Shown: positions 25,191 to 39,041, counted from the first letter of the whole stretch. The stretch is DNA of 59,495 bases, filler included, from Sphacelaria rigidula (GCA_964200075.2; 9 parts of 9 records of this genome joined end to end with filler, not necessarily neighbours in it); one strand, 5' to 3'. A program made the numbers and translations. The notes: generated by a model from the letters alone, not told the origin.

Positions 25191-26669
25191 CCCACAAACT
25201 TTCAAATGTGACCATTCAACCTTTATATATGTCTAGATTCTTGGCTAAGGAGAAAAGTGGCCTTTGTGTGTTGACGTGTAGAACGTCGGTATGAAATATC
25301 AGCTCAAACCCCCTTAAATTGGGCCGTGCACTTCGGTTCATCTAAGACGGTCCAAGTATGCCGCGCTGTAGGGCGGTACGTCATGGGTTTGAATCCCGAC
25401 ATACACATCTTTTCCCTTCAGGTCAGTAAAAATATAATGTCATAACTCCATGACGAAAAAAAACAACCTTTTGGTGCTTGCGTAAGATTTCTTTACTTGC
25501 GTGCAGAAGGTTCTTGTAAATTTAGGGTAAAAAACCCAAAAATTGGGCGCGGCGCTCCACTTTTTGTGTGACACCGCTGCGCCACTCCAAGTGGTATAGG
25601 AGTCTTCATCTACGGATGTTCTGAGTTCGAGTCCTGACAGATATATATATATTTTGCAGATTCGGGTTCCGTCACTGAGGTAATATATTATGCAGTACAC
25701 ATTTTTCTTTTTTCTTTTTAATATACGGCAGAGTGTGCATCAGTAGGTTCGGCTGCACTTCGCAACAATATGCTTTACATTCGGTGAATTTGGTGAACTG
25801 AAAAAGTCATCGTGTGACGTAGAGGAATGTCAGTCTTTAGGCTGGCCCAGCTCGTACACAATGCTGTTTATTTCATGGCTATCCGTCAATATCACAAGAG
25901 GGGCGACCGTGTGCGTGCCGCAAAAGCTGCCGATAATGGGACTCGTCGGCCGCTTGTGGATGTGATATACGGCACTCGTCTGACAGAATACATCGTGTCT
26001 CAGTTCGATTTTGAACCGACCTTCCCCGAGCCGAAAACGCCGTGCTCAATTGGTCACTAGCAACGGTTCCAGCTGTTCGCTTTGTCCATCCTGGGACAAT
26101 GAGATCAGAAGTTGGTGTGAGCTTGTAGCTCAGATCCGGGCTGTGTGACAGTTGTGTACCACGGCAAGGGCAATTGCGTCCCTGGTTCATGTTCGCCTTT
26201 GTGGCGAACAGCCCCCCCAAAATCTTGGCGAATAGTCCCGACAATCTCAAAATGTTTGATAAAAGAAACAAGCGTCGCCACTTTTTTTTATGAGCTCGCG
26301 CGCGCGGGGGGGGGGGGGGGGGGGGTGGGGGGGGGCGGGGGGGGTGGAGGGGTGGCGACGCTTTTTTTTGGTTGCCTTGCACCATTGCNNNNNNNNNNNN
26401 NNNNNNNNNNNNNNNNNNNNNNNNNNNNNNNNTTAATTAATTAANNNNNNNNNNNNNNNNNNNNNNNNNNNNNNNNNNNNNNNNNNNNACAAGAACAAAA
26501 TGCAAATGATGACCACTACCAGCGTGGCACGCAGGCTAGATGATGGCCTCAAGTATACAAATCCCCAGGATTTTTTCGTAGACTATAAGGTGGGATTCTG
26601 AAAACTGATTTTTCTGGAGATAGTGAACGACTTTTCTCAGACACTTTTTCAAGGCTAGAAGAAGCGGCC

Positions 26670-27392
26670 TAACGGTTAATCGGCATCAATTTTCACTTGA
26701 AAAAAGTATGCACGATCCAGATGGACAACCCGCATCGCGGTCTAACGGTAACCCGCATTGCGGTCTAACGGTTAATCGGCATCAATATTCACTCGAAAAA
26801 AGTGTACGTGATCTAGATGGACAACCCGCATCGCGGCCTAACGGAAACCCGCATCGCGGCCTAACGGTCAATCGTAACCGCATCGCGGTCTAACGGTTAA
26901 TCGGCATCAATATTAACCATTACACCGCGATGTGAGTTACCGTAAGGCTGCGATGCGTGTTGTCCATCTGGATCTCGCACACTTTTTTCAAGTGAATATT
27001 GATGCCGAGTAACCGTTAGACCGCGATGCGGGTTGTCCATATGGATCGTGCATATTTTTTTCAAGTGAGAGTATTGATGCCGATTCAGCAGGTGACCTAC
27101 CCTCGCTGTCAGAGCAATGCTGTGGTAGGGGTGCACTTTTTGCGCGAAATCTTGTCTGGTTCAGGGTCTCCTTACGGCTATTATTATAGATTGCACGAGA
27201 ATATGGGTCAGGGCATCCCCGTTTGCAAATTCATTCAGGATATATTATATCTCTAGCAGCACATTGAAATAGTAATGCTGGCGTTCCCACACATATTTCG
27301 TAGGTGGTGTTTTGGATGAGATACAGGCTCCTAACTATTCAGACCTCGGAAAATATTTTTGCACCCCTACCGTGGCATCTCTCGTCAAAGGG
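26670..27392. mobile_element. piggyBac-like non-autonomous element with internal CCGCATCGCGG(T/C)CTAACGG repeats; interrupted by X at left and by a MITE near the right end
   Basis: Right end CTACCCTCGCTGTCA[MITE]AAGGG|TTGA matches the termini of 31371-31469; tandem and inverted ~20- and ~90-bp units. Confidence 0.65.
27112..27383. mobile_element. Sola2-like MITE with 4-bp TSD
   Basis: GTCA|GAGCAATGCTGTGGTAGGGGTGCA...TGCACCCCTACCGTGGCATCTCTC|GTCA; inverted homologue of 49673-49919. Confidence 0.85.
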
Positions 27393-30339
27393 TTGACCAT
27401 GAGAATATCGGGACGAATATTCAATATTGGTCTCAAAATGGGACAAACCCACATCACAGGTGTGGAGATGACCGATACAACATGACCGGTACATATATGC
27501 ATTTCATGTCCTACTCTTATGTCGTTACGGTGATGAAGTCGTCATCGTTCTCGAACAGCCAAATGTATGTATGGTGTGCGTTCCATATATGTAGCGTTCA
27601 GTATGAAAGCGGTGTTTGCGTAGGCGTTTACGAATTCTGACAACGTGGGACGTACGTACAGAAAAACGGTACCGTGTCTGTCCTTGTTTCCCAGCTGCAG
27701 TGCCGCTGCCAGTTGAAAAGTTGGCCACCGCAGCTAGGTTGCCGCACACACGAGTACAGATACCATCACCAGCAACAAGTAGCATTCATCTAGCAGCGGC
27801 CGACTGGTATATGCAGCACAAGTAGGGAGAAGTAGGGAGAAGTAGGCACAAACTAGCGCGCTTTGCAGAGGATCGATCGACTTTACCACCCGCCGCCCCG
27901 TCGCTCAAGAAAGGGTGGAACCAGGGTGCAAAAAGTGGATAGGTGACTGTGCGGAGTAGCTCTACCGTAACAGTAGGGGGAGAGGTGGATAGCTCCGCAG
28001 GGGATAGCAATAACATAGTCGTCAGCGTCGATTTTCGGGTTAGCCTGATAAATAGTATGTAGTGGTTGATGAGTTGATGGGGACAAAAAATGCACCGAGT
28101 GCATACCGCATTGAGTTCGATTTGTTTTTGGTTGCAGGCATTTTAATTTGCGGTAATTCTAGTGAGACACTGCCGTACGTAGAAACGGGACAACACATAA
28201 TACCATAATTCTTGAGACGAAGCAAACCCATCTGTTCTGGACGCCATTCTACACCTAGATACATATGGGTGCAACAGCCGAGGTAACACAGGAAGAATGC
28301 TAACACTAACGCAGGAGTTCTTTATATATATTTTTGCTTTTGTTGCAGTAATTACTGTATTTAACAGTACCTTTCTTCTGATGTGTCAGATGCGACAAAT
28401 TTTACCAAATGATAGCAAGCATTTGCTGTAAGTTGATTTTAGTCTCAACACCGATATTCGATATCTTGGGGGGATTGACACAAGTGCGACTAGCTCTTCA
28501 AGAACGTGTTTTTGTCCAAGATCGGCGACGTAGGCGCCGATTCAAGGTCCGCCAACACACCGCCTAAGAACCCTCCGCACCCCCGTGCCCGGGGATTCTC
28601 TCATGCCTTGGGCAGGGTGAAGGTTAGGGTTTGCCTTAGGATTGACAGCACCTCATTTTTGTAGTATATACCAACCAATCGTTGTTCCCGACCACCTCGT
28701 AGTCAGCCCTGGCGAAATCGACGTCTTTCGAGTTCAACCATAGCTTCTCGCACAGTCTGGTGGTGAGGTGGTGAGGCACACGCGGCCATTTGGCTACCTC
28801 CCAGAATACCTCAGGAGCGATGCACGGCCCTGCAGAGGCAAAACAATCCTCTGGGGGCCTTCACTCCCTCCGGAGGGAACCAAACACTACCGATCGGGAG
28901 GGCCGCCCACCCGTCCGGAGGAACTTGGGGGTATGCGCGGCCCTCAAGAGGTAAAAACAAGCCTAACAACGTTTTCGTGAGATTGAGAGTAGAGCGGAGT
29001 GGCTGTGATCATTCGCTTCAACTCAGCCAATCCTTCATTCCGCGTGTGCTCTTCTTTGTCTTTATCACTGCCGCGTGCTCACAGCTAAACATCGATATCC
29101 TACTCAGGGATATCAAGCGCCTCAGTGGCAGGCTACTACCATCGTACAGAAAGAATAATGGGCCACGTGGAGGACCATTTCAAGACTGCAACGATTAATC
29201 CACTGATTGACCACTTTTCACTCTCGATCGTATCTTGTCCTCTCAACCTGACAAAAACATGGAAGCCCTCCGGAGGCGTTGAATCCCCCCGGAAGAAACC
29301 AAACGATCTCCTCCAAAGGGCCGCGCAGCCCCCCCGGAGGCGTTTGATTCCTCTGGAGGCTCGAAAAGTCTACCCACCTGGAGGAATTTCGAGGGTGGCC
29401 AAATTCCTGCGTGTGGGGACTAAAACATTAGATGCGCACCGGTGGTGGGGAGAATGTTTTGTCCGTGAATGCCGAAAGTTCGAAACTTCAAACCAAGATC
29501 GAAGAGGTCGAGCTCACGAGACCCCTCACAAGACCGAATCGAGAGTGAGTCAAAGGGGCGTGTGGTCGCACCTTCAAGCACTACTTACACAACGCTACGA
29601 CTCTGGCTGACAAGTTGTTTCTGGTTACGCACAACACTGACAAACATCGCTGTCTACGAGTCCGTGTGGCTTCATTTGCGCATGCACGACAAGGGCAGGT
29701 CTGATTAACTACAAGGTTGACTCGGAGCTACCAATCATAGTCGCGAGCCGCGGGATCTGGGGTGTCAACAACATGTTCAACACGCATGTACGGCGGATCA
29801 TCATCGTTGCGGTGGTGACGATGTGAGTTTCACTCGGAGATGCCCTCTGTTGTGTGTTTTTCTTCCCTTACGAGTGCTTATTATATTGTTCTTCCTTTTA
29901 GGGGAAGATCAATTGTTCGTTGCAATATTCACATGTCGAATTTGTCGGGGTGACTGCGAATATGATCAGTGTTCCGGAGTCTACATGCATGCATGATTTT
30001 GGTGAACGTCCTTGGGTTGATCGAGAGGACAATCTTACCGTCGGTGGACAATTGCAACAGCAGAGCAGGGACCTGATGCCGCACCACGCGCAAACGAAAA
30101 CAGCTTTTTCGCGGTCCATCATAGGAGTGTCCTACAGTCAGTGACGGAAGCTTTTTCGACCCAGCTAGGCTTGTACTTATTATGCTAGCACGGTTTTTGA
30201 AGACTTCGTTTATTTTGAAAATAGTGTCGGGTCGCTATTAAGGTATATGCTTCTACACTGACTCTTGACGATGCTTGAATTTTGTAAATATACTAGTTTA
30301 AGACTGCGCACATAGCCGTCCTCTCAGAGGTCCCAAGGA

Positions 30340-30598
30340 TAGGTTTCTTCTTTCTTCTTTATCTTCTCGCCTTTTTTGTTGTGTTTTATTTTGTTTTGTT
30401 TTTCTTGTATCGCGTCTGTGTGAATTTTTCGTGGGTCCGGTTTTATGTCCTGACTTTCCTCCTACCCTGACATGGGGTTATAGCCTGTGATCATGGAAGA
30501 CGTCCGAGTCAGATGCCCAGTACAGACAGCATTGCACAGATACCGGAACGACTTTTAAATGTCAAGACGACAACAACAACAACAACAACAACAACAAC
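30340..30598 (+). mobile_element. Retroposon 3' end with T-rich UTR and (CAA)n tail
   Basis: T-rich tract, GCCTGTGATCATGG motif, terminal (CAA)n. Confidence 0.5.
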
Positions 30599-30626
30599 TG
30601 TTGTTTCGTGAACCCAGACAGTGGAC

Positions 30627-30945
30627 TTTACCACTTGGGATGGTGAGAAATTTCTCAGATAGTTCGACTTGATTTTAGTGTGAGCAGCGAAAATCTGAAT
30701 CTTAAATGGGGCTATGCTCCAAGCATGCTCCTAGCTTGGGCGGAACGCGTTTTGGTCGAGATCGGCGCCTGGGGTGCCGATTCGAGGTCTGGCAACGCAC
30801 CTTTTGCCTGGGTGACATTCTCCACCCGCTCGCCCGAGGGTTCTCGGTGTGCCTTCGTTGGGGTTAAGGTTAGGGTAGTGTTGGTGTCATAGTTTGTTCG
30901 AAGTTATACGTTTCTGAGAAAATTCTCACCATTCCAAGTGGTAAA
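30627..30945. mobile_element. 319-bp TIR element with internal telomere-like motifs
   Basis: TTTACCACTTGGGATGGTGAGAAATTTCTCAGA...TCTGAGAAAATTCTCACCATTCCAAGTGGTAAA; internal GGGTTAAGGTTAGGGT. Confidence 0.75.
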
Positions 30946-31370
30946 CTAACCTCAACCCAGAGCCCCCGTCATGTATATATACAGCATACCGGCAGCTCGA
31001 ATGACACAGCCGCGAACAGTTACTATTACTAGTCTCATAATGTACCGCATTACCGCAACACCCCACGAAGTCTCGGGTACATTAAACATGACCATGTATG
31101 TATGGTCTCTTAGTGACATATAGCAGGTCCCTGCAGCAAACGCCAGGTCGCGCCCTTGGGCACACAAGCCCGCGGCTGCACTGGTATTGACCAGCGGGGT
31201 CGATACTGAGGCTCATGTTGGGCATACATGAATAATAGGAGCTCAAAGTACCCAACTTCCGCTTCGCGAAGAGTTCGTCCGTGCCCAGTATTGATGGTTT
31301 GTCCACGAGAGTGGGCATCTGTTGCGTGCGCATGTTCTGATTCCTCTTTACAAACATTATGTAAACTTAA

Positions 31371-31469
31371 CCCTTGGACCGCGAGGGTAGTCTTCTGTTG
31401 AATCGGCATCAATTTCAAGTGAAAAAAAGGTATGCATAGTCCTGAAAGACTAATCTCGCGGTCTAGGGG
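31371..31469. mobile_element. 99-bp piggyBac-like MITE
   Basis: TTAA|CCCTTGGACCGCGAG...CTCGCGGTCTAGGGG|TTAA. Confidence 0.8.
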
Positions 31470-34400
31470 TTAAAAGAGGTATCTCAAACTCGGCGATCCT
31501 GGATTATTCGACGAATACAGTGTTACGCCGGTAGAATAAAAACAATTTTTTCGGAACAACATCTGACCTTTCGTCGCACCGGCACACGCTGCTGCAAGGC
31601 CCCACGACAGATTCAGCGATATGGGGTCGTTTGCTGTGGTTATGGTGACATGTGGGCGAAGTTTTAGCGGCTCGCAGCACCCACAGCGTGCGTGCTGTCG
31701 TGTTTCCCGACTTGGGCACCTCTACAAGCAATGCGCATCGGCGCTTCGCACAGATTGTCATTATCAAGCGGGTGTCCCATTTTAGATCAACATTCGTTTC
31801 TCAGCGCAGCGGCGCCCCACGTGCAGATTACGTCGAAGTAAGGGGACGAGTACCTTCACATACGTGTTCCCTGACGATGCACGCATTTCTGGGCAGCGAG
31901 GCGGTCGAGTAGAATGCGTTTTACCAGATTTGCAGAATTCCGGAATTCGCGTCCTTCCAGGTGCCCCACACACCGCTGGCGTTGGCACGCGGGGAACATG
32001 CTACTTGTGATGTGCCCGAGTAGTGCTCCAAGTTTCACTTACTGACACGCAGTCGATGTGAAGAAATCCACTTTCAAACATGCGTACAAAATTTGGGAAA
32101 AGACCCTGGTCAACCGTGGCAAGATACTTGAGGTGGGATTGCGCCGCATACCCCACGTACAGCAACGTCCTTGCGTCATATATGTGCTTTTCTGGGCAAC
32201 ACGGCACAGCTCCAGAGATTTGAACAACAAGAGAACATGACACCGTGACTGTAGAGCTTCTGCACATGGCCCTTTGACGCGGCACGGTTGTAGTGGTATC
32301 CGCAGAATCGTTCCATGCAAACAGAGGTGTTGTACCGGTGGAAATGTGGGGCAACACTGACGGTGGGTGTGTCCAGGGGGCGCGGGGAAAATTTTCGGAC
32401 GCGTAACCGCCGCCCCCGCTCCCCAGGAGGAGGACACTATTTCGAAAACTGCCATTATGTTGGATTCTTCTTGTGTCAACTTGGTGCCAAGAATTGATCA
32501 ATTAAGACTGTTTTGATTTTTTTTGTCAACTTTTTTGCAGGAATTTGATGAAAAAACAAAAAACAAAATCGTGGATGTCTGGTGGGCTTTGCGGGGTTGA
32601 TATTTGTACTGCGGCTCCTTGCTCCCCTTGTCCCGATGACCTCAGATGCCAGAAGGTATATTTTTCGAAAAACCTGTTGATTTCTTTTCCCCCGCTAATT
32701 TTGTTGCAACAAATTGATCAATGAATACGCAACAAATTGATCAATGAATGCTGGCCAAACCCGAAAAGTCTGGTGGGCTTTGCGGGGTTTTGCTTCTGCT
32801 CCTTGCCCGCTCTGTCCCAATGGCATAACAAATAAGGTGTCCATGCCAAGGATCTCTGTCCAAGGCAGCTGACCGCATCTGCCAGCGCTTCGGCAATAAA
32901 CCACGGTACGGGCGGCTGGGTCCCCCCCCCCCCCCCCTTCCCCCTCCCGAAAGGGGTGCGGGGGCCATGGTGCAAACACCAAGGGCAGCCACAAAAAAGA
33001 ACCGCCCCCCNNNNNNNNNNNNNNNNNNNNNNNNNNNNNNNNNNNNNNNNNNNNTTAATTAATTAANNNNNNNNNNNNNNNNNNNNNNNNNNNNNNNNNN
33101 NNNNNNNNNNGCCCCCATATTTTGTTTGAACCCCAAAATATAAAATCGGCTGTTCTCTGGTGATATCGTCATCGACACGCGTGTATATCGCATCCGCTAG
33201 GTGCACTTAGCCACAAGTGATTCACTGCTGCGGAAATTTAGGGAGAAATATGGTTTCGCTCTGTGTAACTGTGTCGCGTCATCCCTGCAAACAAGAACTG
33301 CCATCTGGAGCTTATTTTTGAGATGGATCCCATTTTCCAGGATCCCCTGTAATATTGCGATTTTTCTTTTTCGACCGTACCATTTGGGATATTAATACCA
33401 GCTGGGCCAGCTTAAAAGCGGCTAAAAGTTGCCCACACCACAGCTTTCCCAGTTTCCCGAATGAACCGGATCTAAGCATATCACTGTGAACTGCAGACCC
33501 ACCTGATGACAAAGGACTGCGTCGCTGTTCGATTGGCATCGTATTGCCGATGACGTTATTGTACTCCATAGAATACGGGGTGGGTCTGATATCGTTGCGC
33601 GATAGCGTGTCGGAGTGAGTTTTTTTGTCTCAATGCGGTGGGTTCACGTCAGCAATCACCCCGCACTGGGTATATGTGGGGTGCAGCAGCGTCACGCAAC
33701 ACGTTGCACGCACGGTCTAATTCGACGACTCTTGAGAAGAACTTTCACGAAGACCTTCTGCACCCAAGGAAATGATACATCACAGGAGCTGCAGATTCTC
33801 ATTTTTTTCGCGGACGTATGACATTATCCTGCTTTTGCTGAAAATGTTTAATCCCCATAACTTCCCTTTTTCTGTTGTTTTGTTCACTGCTGTCGTGATA
33901 TTTTTTATATCGGTCATGATAAACTGCTGTCAAAATTTCAGCCTTCAACCCCTAATTTCACGCCGTGCGTCGCCTGAGCGAGAAAATTACCCATTGTTGG
34001 CTCGCCCAGCTTGTATCAATCTCTCGTTTATGAACCCTACTGGAGCAAGGTACCGAACTGCTCATCCCGTACTTGGACACAACAGGAGGAAATGCCACAC
34101 ACACATGAAAAAAGAGAAACACTGTAGAGAGATGGGGAAGATGAGAGCAAACAAAGGGGACTACAGGGCTAATGAAACCCGAAGGATGCAGTACGGGAGA
34201 GCAGGTACAAACTCACCCCAAGACACACCGCTCGACCACCGATGAAGACAGAATCAACAACCGAGAGGAAAATGCAGGGGTACATCAGTTCCTGTGTGAG
34301 TCCGGCGTCTCGGGTTCATCCCCCGTCGGGTACATAGCGGGTCATTTCTCTCGGTCATTTCTATCCTGGATTCCTCGCGAGCTGTTGCCGTTTTTGTGCT

Positions 34401-34689
34401 AGCGAGGGCACTTCTCCGGTCGGCAGCTGTCGATGCAGCAACCTCTCGTTTGTGGCGGCGGTCCGATTCTCGTCTGTCTTTGCGTCACCACGTGTCCACA
34501 TTCCCTCCCCTTTCTCTACTCCAAGATGCTATTTGCCCATGTTTTTCCCGCAGTGACCCGATCGTGTACGTCGTTAACGTCTACACAGTCGACGAACCAT
34601 TTTGTCCCGCTCCTTTGCGTGGAAGAGACTCTAGTGCACGTAGATTATCGCGGAGGTTGTCTCCCCAGTATTTCGGGGAGATAGCCAGC

Positions 34690-37600
34690 CTTCTTGGGCA
34701 CTTGTGTGGTTAATCGTCCGTGCATGATACGTTCGGGAAGACATATTTCGTCCTGCCTGGCAAGGACCCCCGTGAACCAGAGTTGAGGCTTACGGATAAT
34801 CGTCTCGATACGTCCGCATTTGGTGTTCTCGAACACTGTTCTGTACGAAAGAGTCGCCCGTTCGATCATCCCTGCGGAATCCAACCACTCGTAGCAAAAG
34901 CTTGTGATGGGCACTGCGCAAACCAACTGTCGAAGCCCTCGGACGTACCGTCCATGTGGCATATCTGTGCAACAGAGCTTCCGACTCCTCCGCTTTCAGC
35001 AGCGGGACTTGCAAGGATAGCTGGGTGTTGGGTCGATCGCAGATTTAGGAACTATGCTTTAGGAGACGAGCTCACGCCACGCTGATGTTGTGGTCGATGG
35101 GAATTTTCGCATCCACGCTGACAGCACCACGAAGATCGACACACTTGGCCGTTTGCTTATACCGTTTACCTGCCGCGCCGATGTGCAGGGAGGTCTTTGT
35201 GGAGCTGGATACTGACCACAGGCGCCTGGACTGTGCTCTTACCGTCAATCTGGATCCCTGGCAGGTCACCACTACCACGGCAATCATTATAGCAAAGTCA
35301 TCTGGGGACCTCGAGACTATGCCGGCGTCATCCGCATAAAGCATTGCCCACACCGCGCGACACATTCTCCAGCTGCGTTTCGTCCATGTATTTACCATCG
35401 TCACCTCTTCGCGCATTTCCTAGAAAAAGCAAGTCTGAGATGATGGCTGGGTCCGCCGCGAATCGCTGCACGATCACGTCGACCAACGCTGCGCTAAAGA
35501 TTTTGAACAACAGCCGGAACGGGACGCACCCTTGTTGAGTCCCCGACAGACGTGGAATCACGCCGATAGGTCGCCATTATCCAGCTGTGCCCGAGCTCGC
35601 ATGCCGTCGTGAAACATTCGGATGATAGTGATCACATTTGCGGCGGGACCCCGAACAGGGCAAACACTTTCCACAGGAGCGTGTGGTCCACAGAGTCCTA
35701 GGCTGCTTGCAGGTTGATGACAAGTATGTTTAGTGGGCATTGCTTGCCCGTGGCAATTCCTGTAGTCGGCGTACGACGAACATCATGTCGGTTGTCGATC
35801 ATTGGTGCCGAGATCTGAATTGCTCTTTCGGGAAGATATTTGCCTCCTCATGATTACCGAACCCATTCGGTTGCTTTTCAAGAGAACCTCAGCAGCATGT
35901 ACCAGGAGAGAAATTCCCCTGCGGTTTCAACACTCAGCCATGCCATCCTTCTTGTGTAGCACTTTGATATGAGATCTTTCCACTCCTGCGGCACCTCGCC
36001 AGACGTCTATTCCGCAGCGAGGATGCTGTGGAAGTGGTACAGAATCTCCGAAACCTTCTCGCTCAGTCCAAACTTCAGGCGTTGAGCAGGTAAACCATCC
36101 GGACCCGTCGTTTTGCCGTCCGACATTGCTCTATGCGCCTCCTCAGTTTCACTTGTGCTCGGCGGGTCTACAAGTGACAACGCTATCGTTCGTTACACGA
36201 TGTGCTTCATCACGCCTCGGTCGATGGTTGCACATATGGCGTTCAGTAGTATGGAGAAGTATCGTTCCCATCTCTTACTCCTTGCTCGCAGTATACGTTC
36301 CCTGTCCTCGTCTCGGATGTACTGCTTCTTTTTCTACTTTCGTCCCGACAGTTACCACCCCCACTTTTAGATGTCTGTGCCATCCTCTCATGTCCCCAGC
36401 TCCAACATACTCTCCAATTCTCTAGCATACACATCCAGGTACATGCCCACTCCATATATATCTCTTGCGGTTTCTGGCAGGCCGCTCACAATGTGCGCCA
36501 TGCGGGTTTATCTCTCGACAATCCCAGTCGCGCCGTCGACCTTGCCCTTTCCCTTTTATTCCAGGCCTGTTCGAACTCCGTTCGGATGGTAGCATCCTCG
36601 AAACACCCCGGTATAGGTGGCTTTCAGGTCAGATGGGATGCCACCCTTTCTGCGGCCCTCAGGAGTACGACGTGTGCTAAGGACCCCAGTGCACACACTC
36701 TTGGAATGGGTGGAGGAGACGAGTAACTCTAGGATACTACGGTGAAAGCGACAACACTAGAGGCGCTGATGGCAGTCGATGGAGCGCTGGCAAGGGGAGT
36801 CGCCCTCCTCGGAGTGAAAGTGACGGGGATTGAACCCCCACGNNNNNNNNNNAACTAGACTACTGACAAGTCAGCGCTGACTGGTCAGTAGTCTAGTTGG
36901 TTGTCTCTTAAACCGTCACAGACGGCACACTTTACAGCCAGTGCATTGACTATATCGCCGGGTCCTTGTTTGAAGTCCCTGATGATGAGCTGGGTGGGTT
37001 TGTCACGTCTATTACTGTCGGACATTATTGCCCACCTGTCAATTGGTTTGCGCCCAATTGGCATTCCCCTTGATCTGTTGTGTGCGAAGCGAACAAGAGC
37101 CGCACTGGGGAGCATACAACACTGTGGTCAGAGTCCGGCAAGTTGGATAGTTGAAGGTGGACCGTGACATTGCGAACAAGCGTACGGTGATCTTGTCGTG
37201 TGAGAGTGTAGTCAGCGCTGTTGTTGTCCGTGAAACGTTTCGTCGTTTAACGTACGCGATGCGCTTTCCCTTAGGAGTGGAAAAAACATGTTGGCCAGGG
37301 GGAGCCTGTTGTCACCTGTAAGTGGTAGCACAGAGGCGCCATTACTGTCGTTGGTTTGGGAATCCTGATCATATGACCCCATTACTTGATGTTGCTCCTG
37401 AACCGTTCGTACCCCAGTCCTAGCGTTAGCCTCCATCAAAACAGACAGGTGGTGTTTGCTGGGGACTTGGTCCACAATGCTGTTCAATTTAGTCCAGAAT
37501 CTCTCTCTCTCTTCTCTTGATTTTGATGTTCCTGTAGGGGCATAGATAGCCCTTCTCCTTGCCCACTTCCGCATCGTGGCAGAAGACACGCTATCCCGTG

Positions 37601-37790
37601 ACAACAAACTCGGTTCGGCCCAGCCTTTTTATCTCCTGCAGTCCGATTACGTCACACCCCACCGCTTGACATTTTCGCAGATTCACCTCAGCATGCCTAG
37701 CCCCGTTTTTTCCCGTGAGAGACGATGTACGGACGTTGAAGGTCGCCGCTTTGAGCTCCCCTAAACGCGACCTAGCCCTAGCCTTATCCA
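34690..37790 (-). mobile_element. Decayed RTE-like LINE (APE+RT), interrupted at ~36180-36900
   Basis: AATFNVRT, DVIGLQE, IYAPT, EANARTG, SDHSVV (APE); GTQQGCV, WAMLYADDAGIVS (RT); C-terminal IETIIRKPQLWFTGVLARQDEICLPERIMHG typical of the RTE clade. Confidence 0.9.
36180..36842 (-). mobile_element. Unclassified insertion with a tRNA-like B-box head (SINE-like)
   Basis: Minus-strand GGGTTCAATCCCCGTC next to the 10-N gap; interrupts LINE coding sequence. Confidence 0.35.
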
Positions 37791-38595
37791 TATCAACGCG
37801 TCTTTCTCTCTATTCTGCCTCCTTTTGGGTCTATTTCGTCTTTATATTTCACGTGCGAGTTGTTTTTTGTTCCTGCTTTTTGTTGGCTTATCGGTAATGA
37901 TACTTGCCTTGCGTTTTGGTCTCGCGTGGAAGGTGCACCCTCGCCAGCCCGCGTCGGTCGCTAGCTCCAGTCCCCCGAATCTGGTACTTGTTCGGATAAT
38001 ATACAAAAAAGGGTACACCGTGGTGCTTTTGGAACAAAAAAGGGTAACGCATTTTCCGGTTTGGGGCGTGGCGCTGCGCGCGGGCTGAGCACCTCAAAAA
38101 CACATTCCAGCGCCTCAACCCCACGATCAAGGTGTCTGGGCAACATGCCCGACCATTTTTTCATTTTCACACGTGGTACTAAGCTGAACTACGGCGCGGA
38201 AAATGAGAGCCTGTGAGAGTGCCCTTTTTTGTAAAGAAACCAGGAGGGTAATCTTGCGCTCTGCTAAAAAAAGAATATGTTACCCATTTTTGTTGACGTA
38301 CTACTCTTTACTTTTTTTTTGTGAAGTGGTGACCGTACCGTCGGCCCCGCAGGAGATGCGCCGAACAGTCACAACCATAACCATTTCTTGGTGAAGCTAC
38401 ACCCCATCAAGAAGGCCTAAACTCAACGACCAAAACCCGGAGCCTCCTGCTGGTTGGCCCGCAGACCCGGAAGGTCCGGCGATGCAGACAGGGCGCGCAC
38501 GCTTGTGCGCCGAAGCTCACAAACATCCAACGAACATGTGTGAAAAGTCTTGCCGGCACACACACGCCCAAACGGCATCATGTGACGACGCCACG

Positions 38596-38846
38596 GACAC
38601 TTTCTATTATAGCACCCTCCCCCCAAAAGTGCCTGGTTTGGGGAGGCAAAATCTTCACGTAAATCGAATTGGGAAAAGCCGAGCACAACGAGCAGCTGGG
38701 AATTCCTACGCTTGGGTTCGTCCTCGCCGATGTCGCCCATATGAGGCGCTTCATGTAGCCTGAACCCAAACATCAGGCGCTGTATGTCAATTTGCTTCGG
38801 GACGCGTTTGGGCTGGTTTTGGTGGGGGGCTATCGTAGAAAGTATC
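38596..38846. mobile_element. 251-bp MITE with 4-bp TSD (Sola-like), copy 2
   Basis: CACG|GACACTTTCTA...TAGAAAGTATC|CACG; same length and sequence family as 14590-14840. Confidence 0.9.
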
Positions 38847-39041
38847 CACGCCGAACACCAGCCGGTCGCGGGATCTGCAAGTTTCGGATCGGAGACAAAC
38901 ATCACTGACCCGACTCCGGATTTTAGGAAGAACACGTCCGAACCCGATCACGTAGGCTGTGCAATCGAATGTCCTCCTCCGATCCCTCCAACATAACGCC
39001 ATTCAGGTGATGTAGACTGTAGACGTAATCCACCAAGCATA

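Noticed and set aside
25355..25640. tRNA genes suggested by GGTTTGAATCC / GAGTTCGAGTCC (also 4011-4074, 34310-34330, 36820-36842)
   Set aside because: B-box-like motifs only; no consistent acceptor or anticodon stems; better explained as SINE or TE relics.
25838..25858. TAGGCTGGCCCAGCTCGTAC motif (also ~43157, ~53030, inverted ~33398) as a regulatory site
   Set aside because: Probably a transposon terminus, but no paired ends were found within a scaffold, so no element could be delimited.
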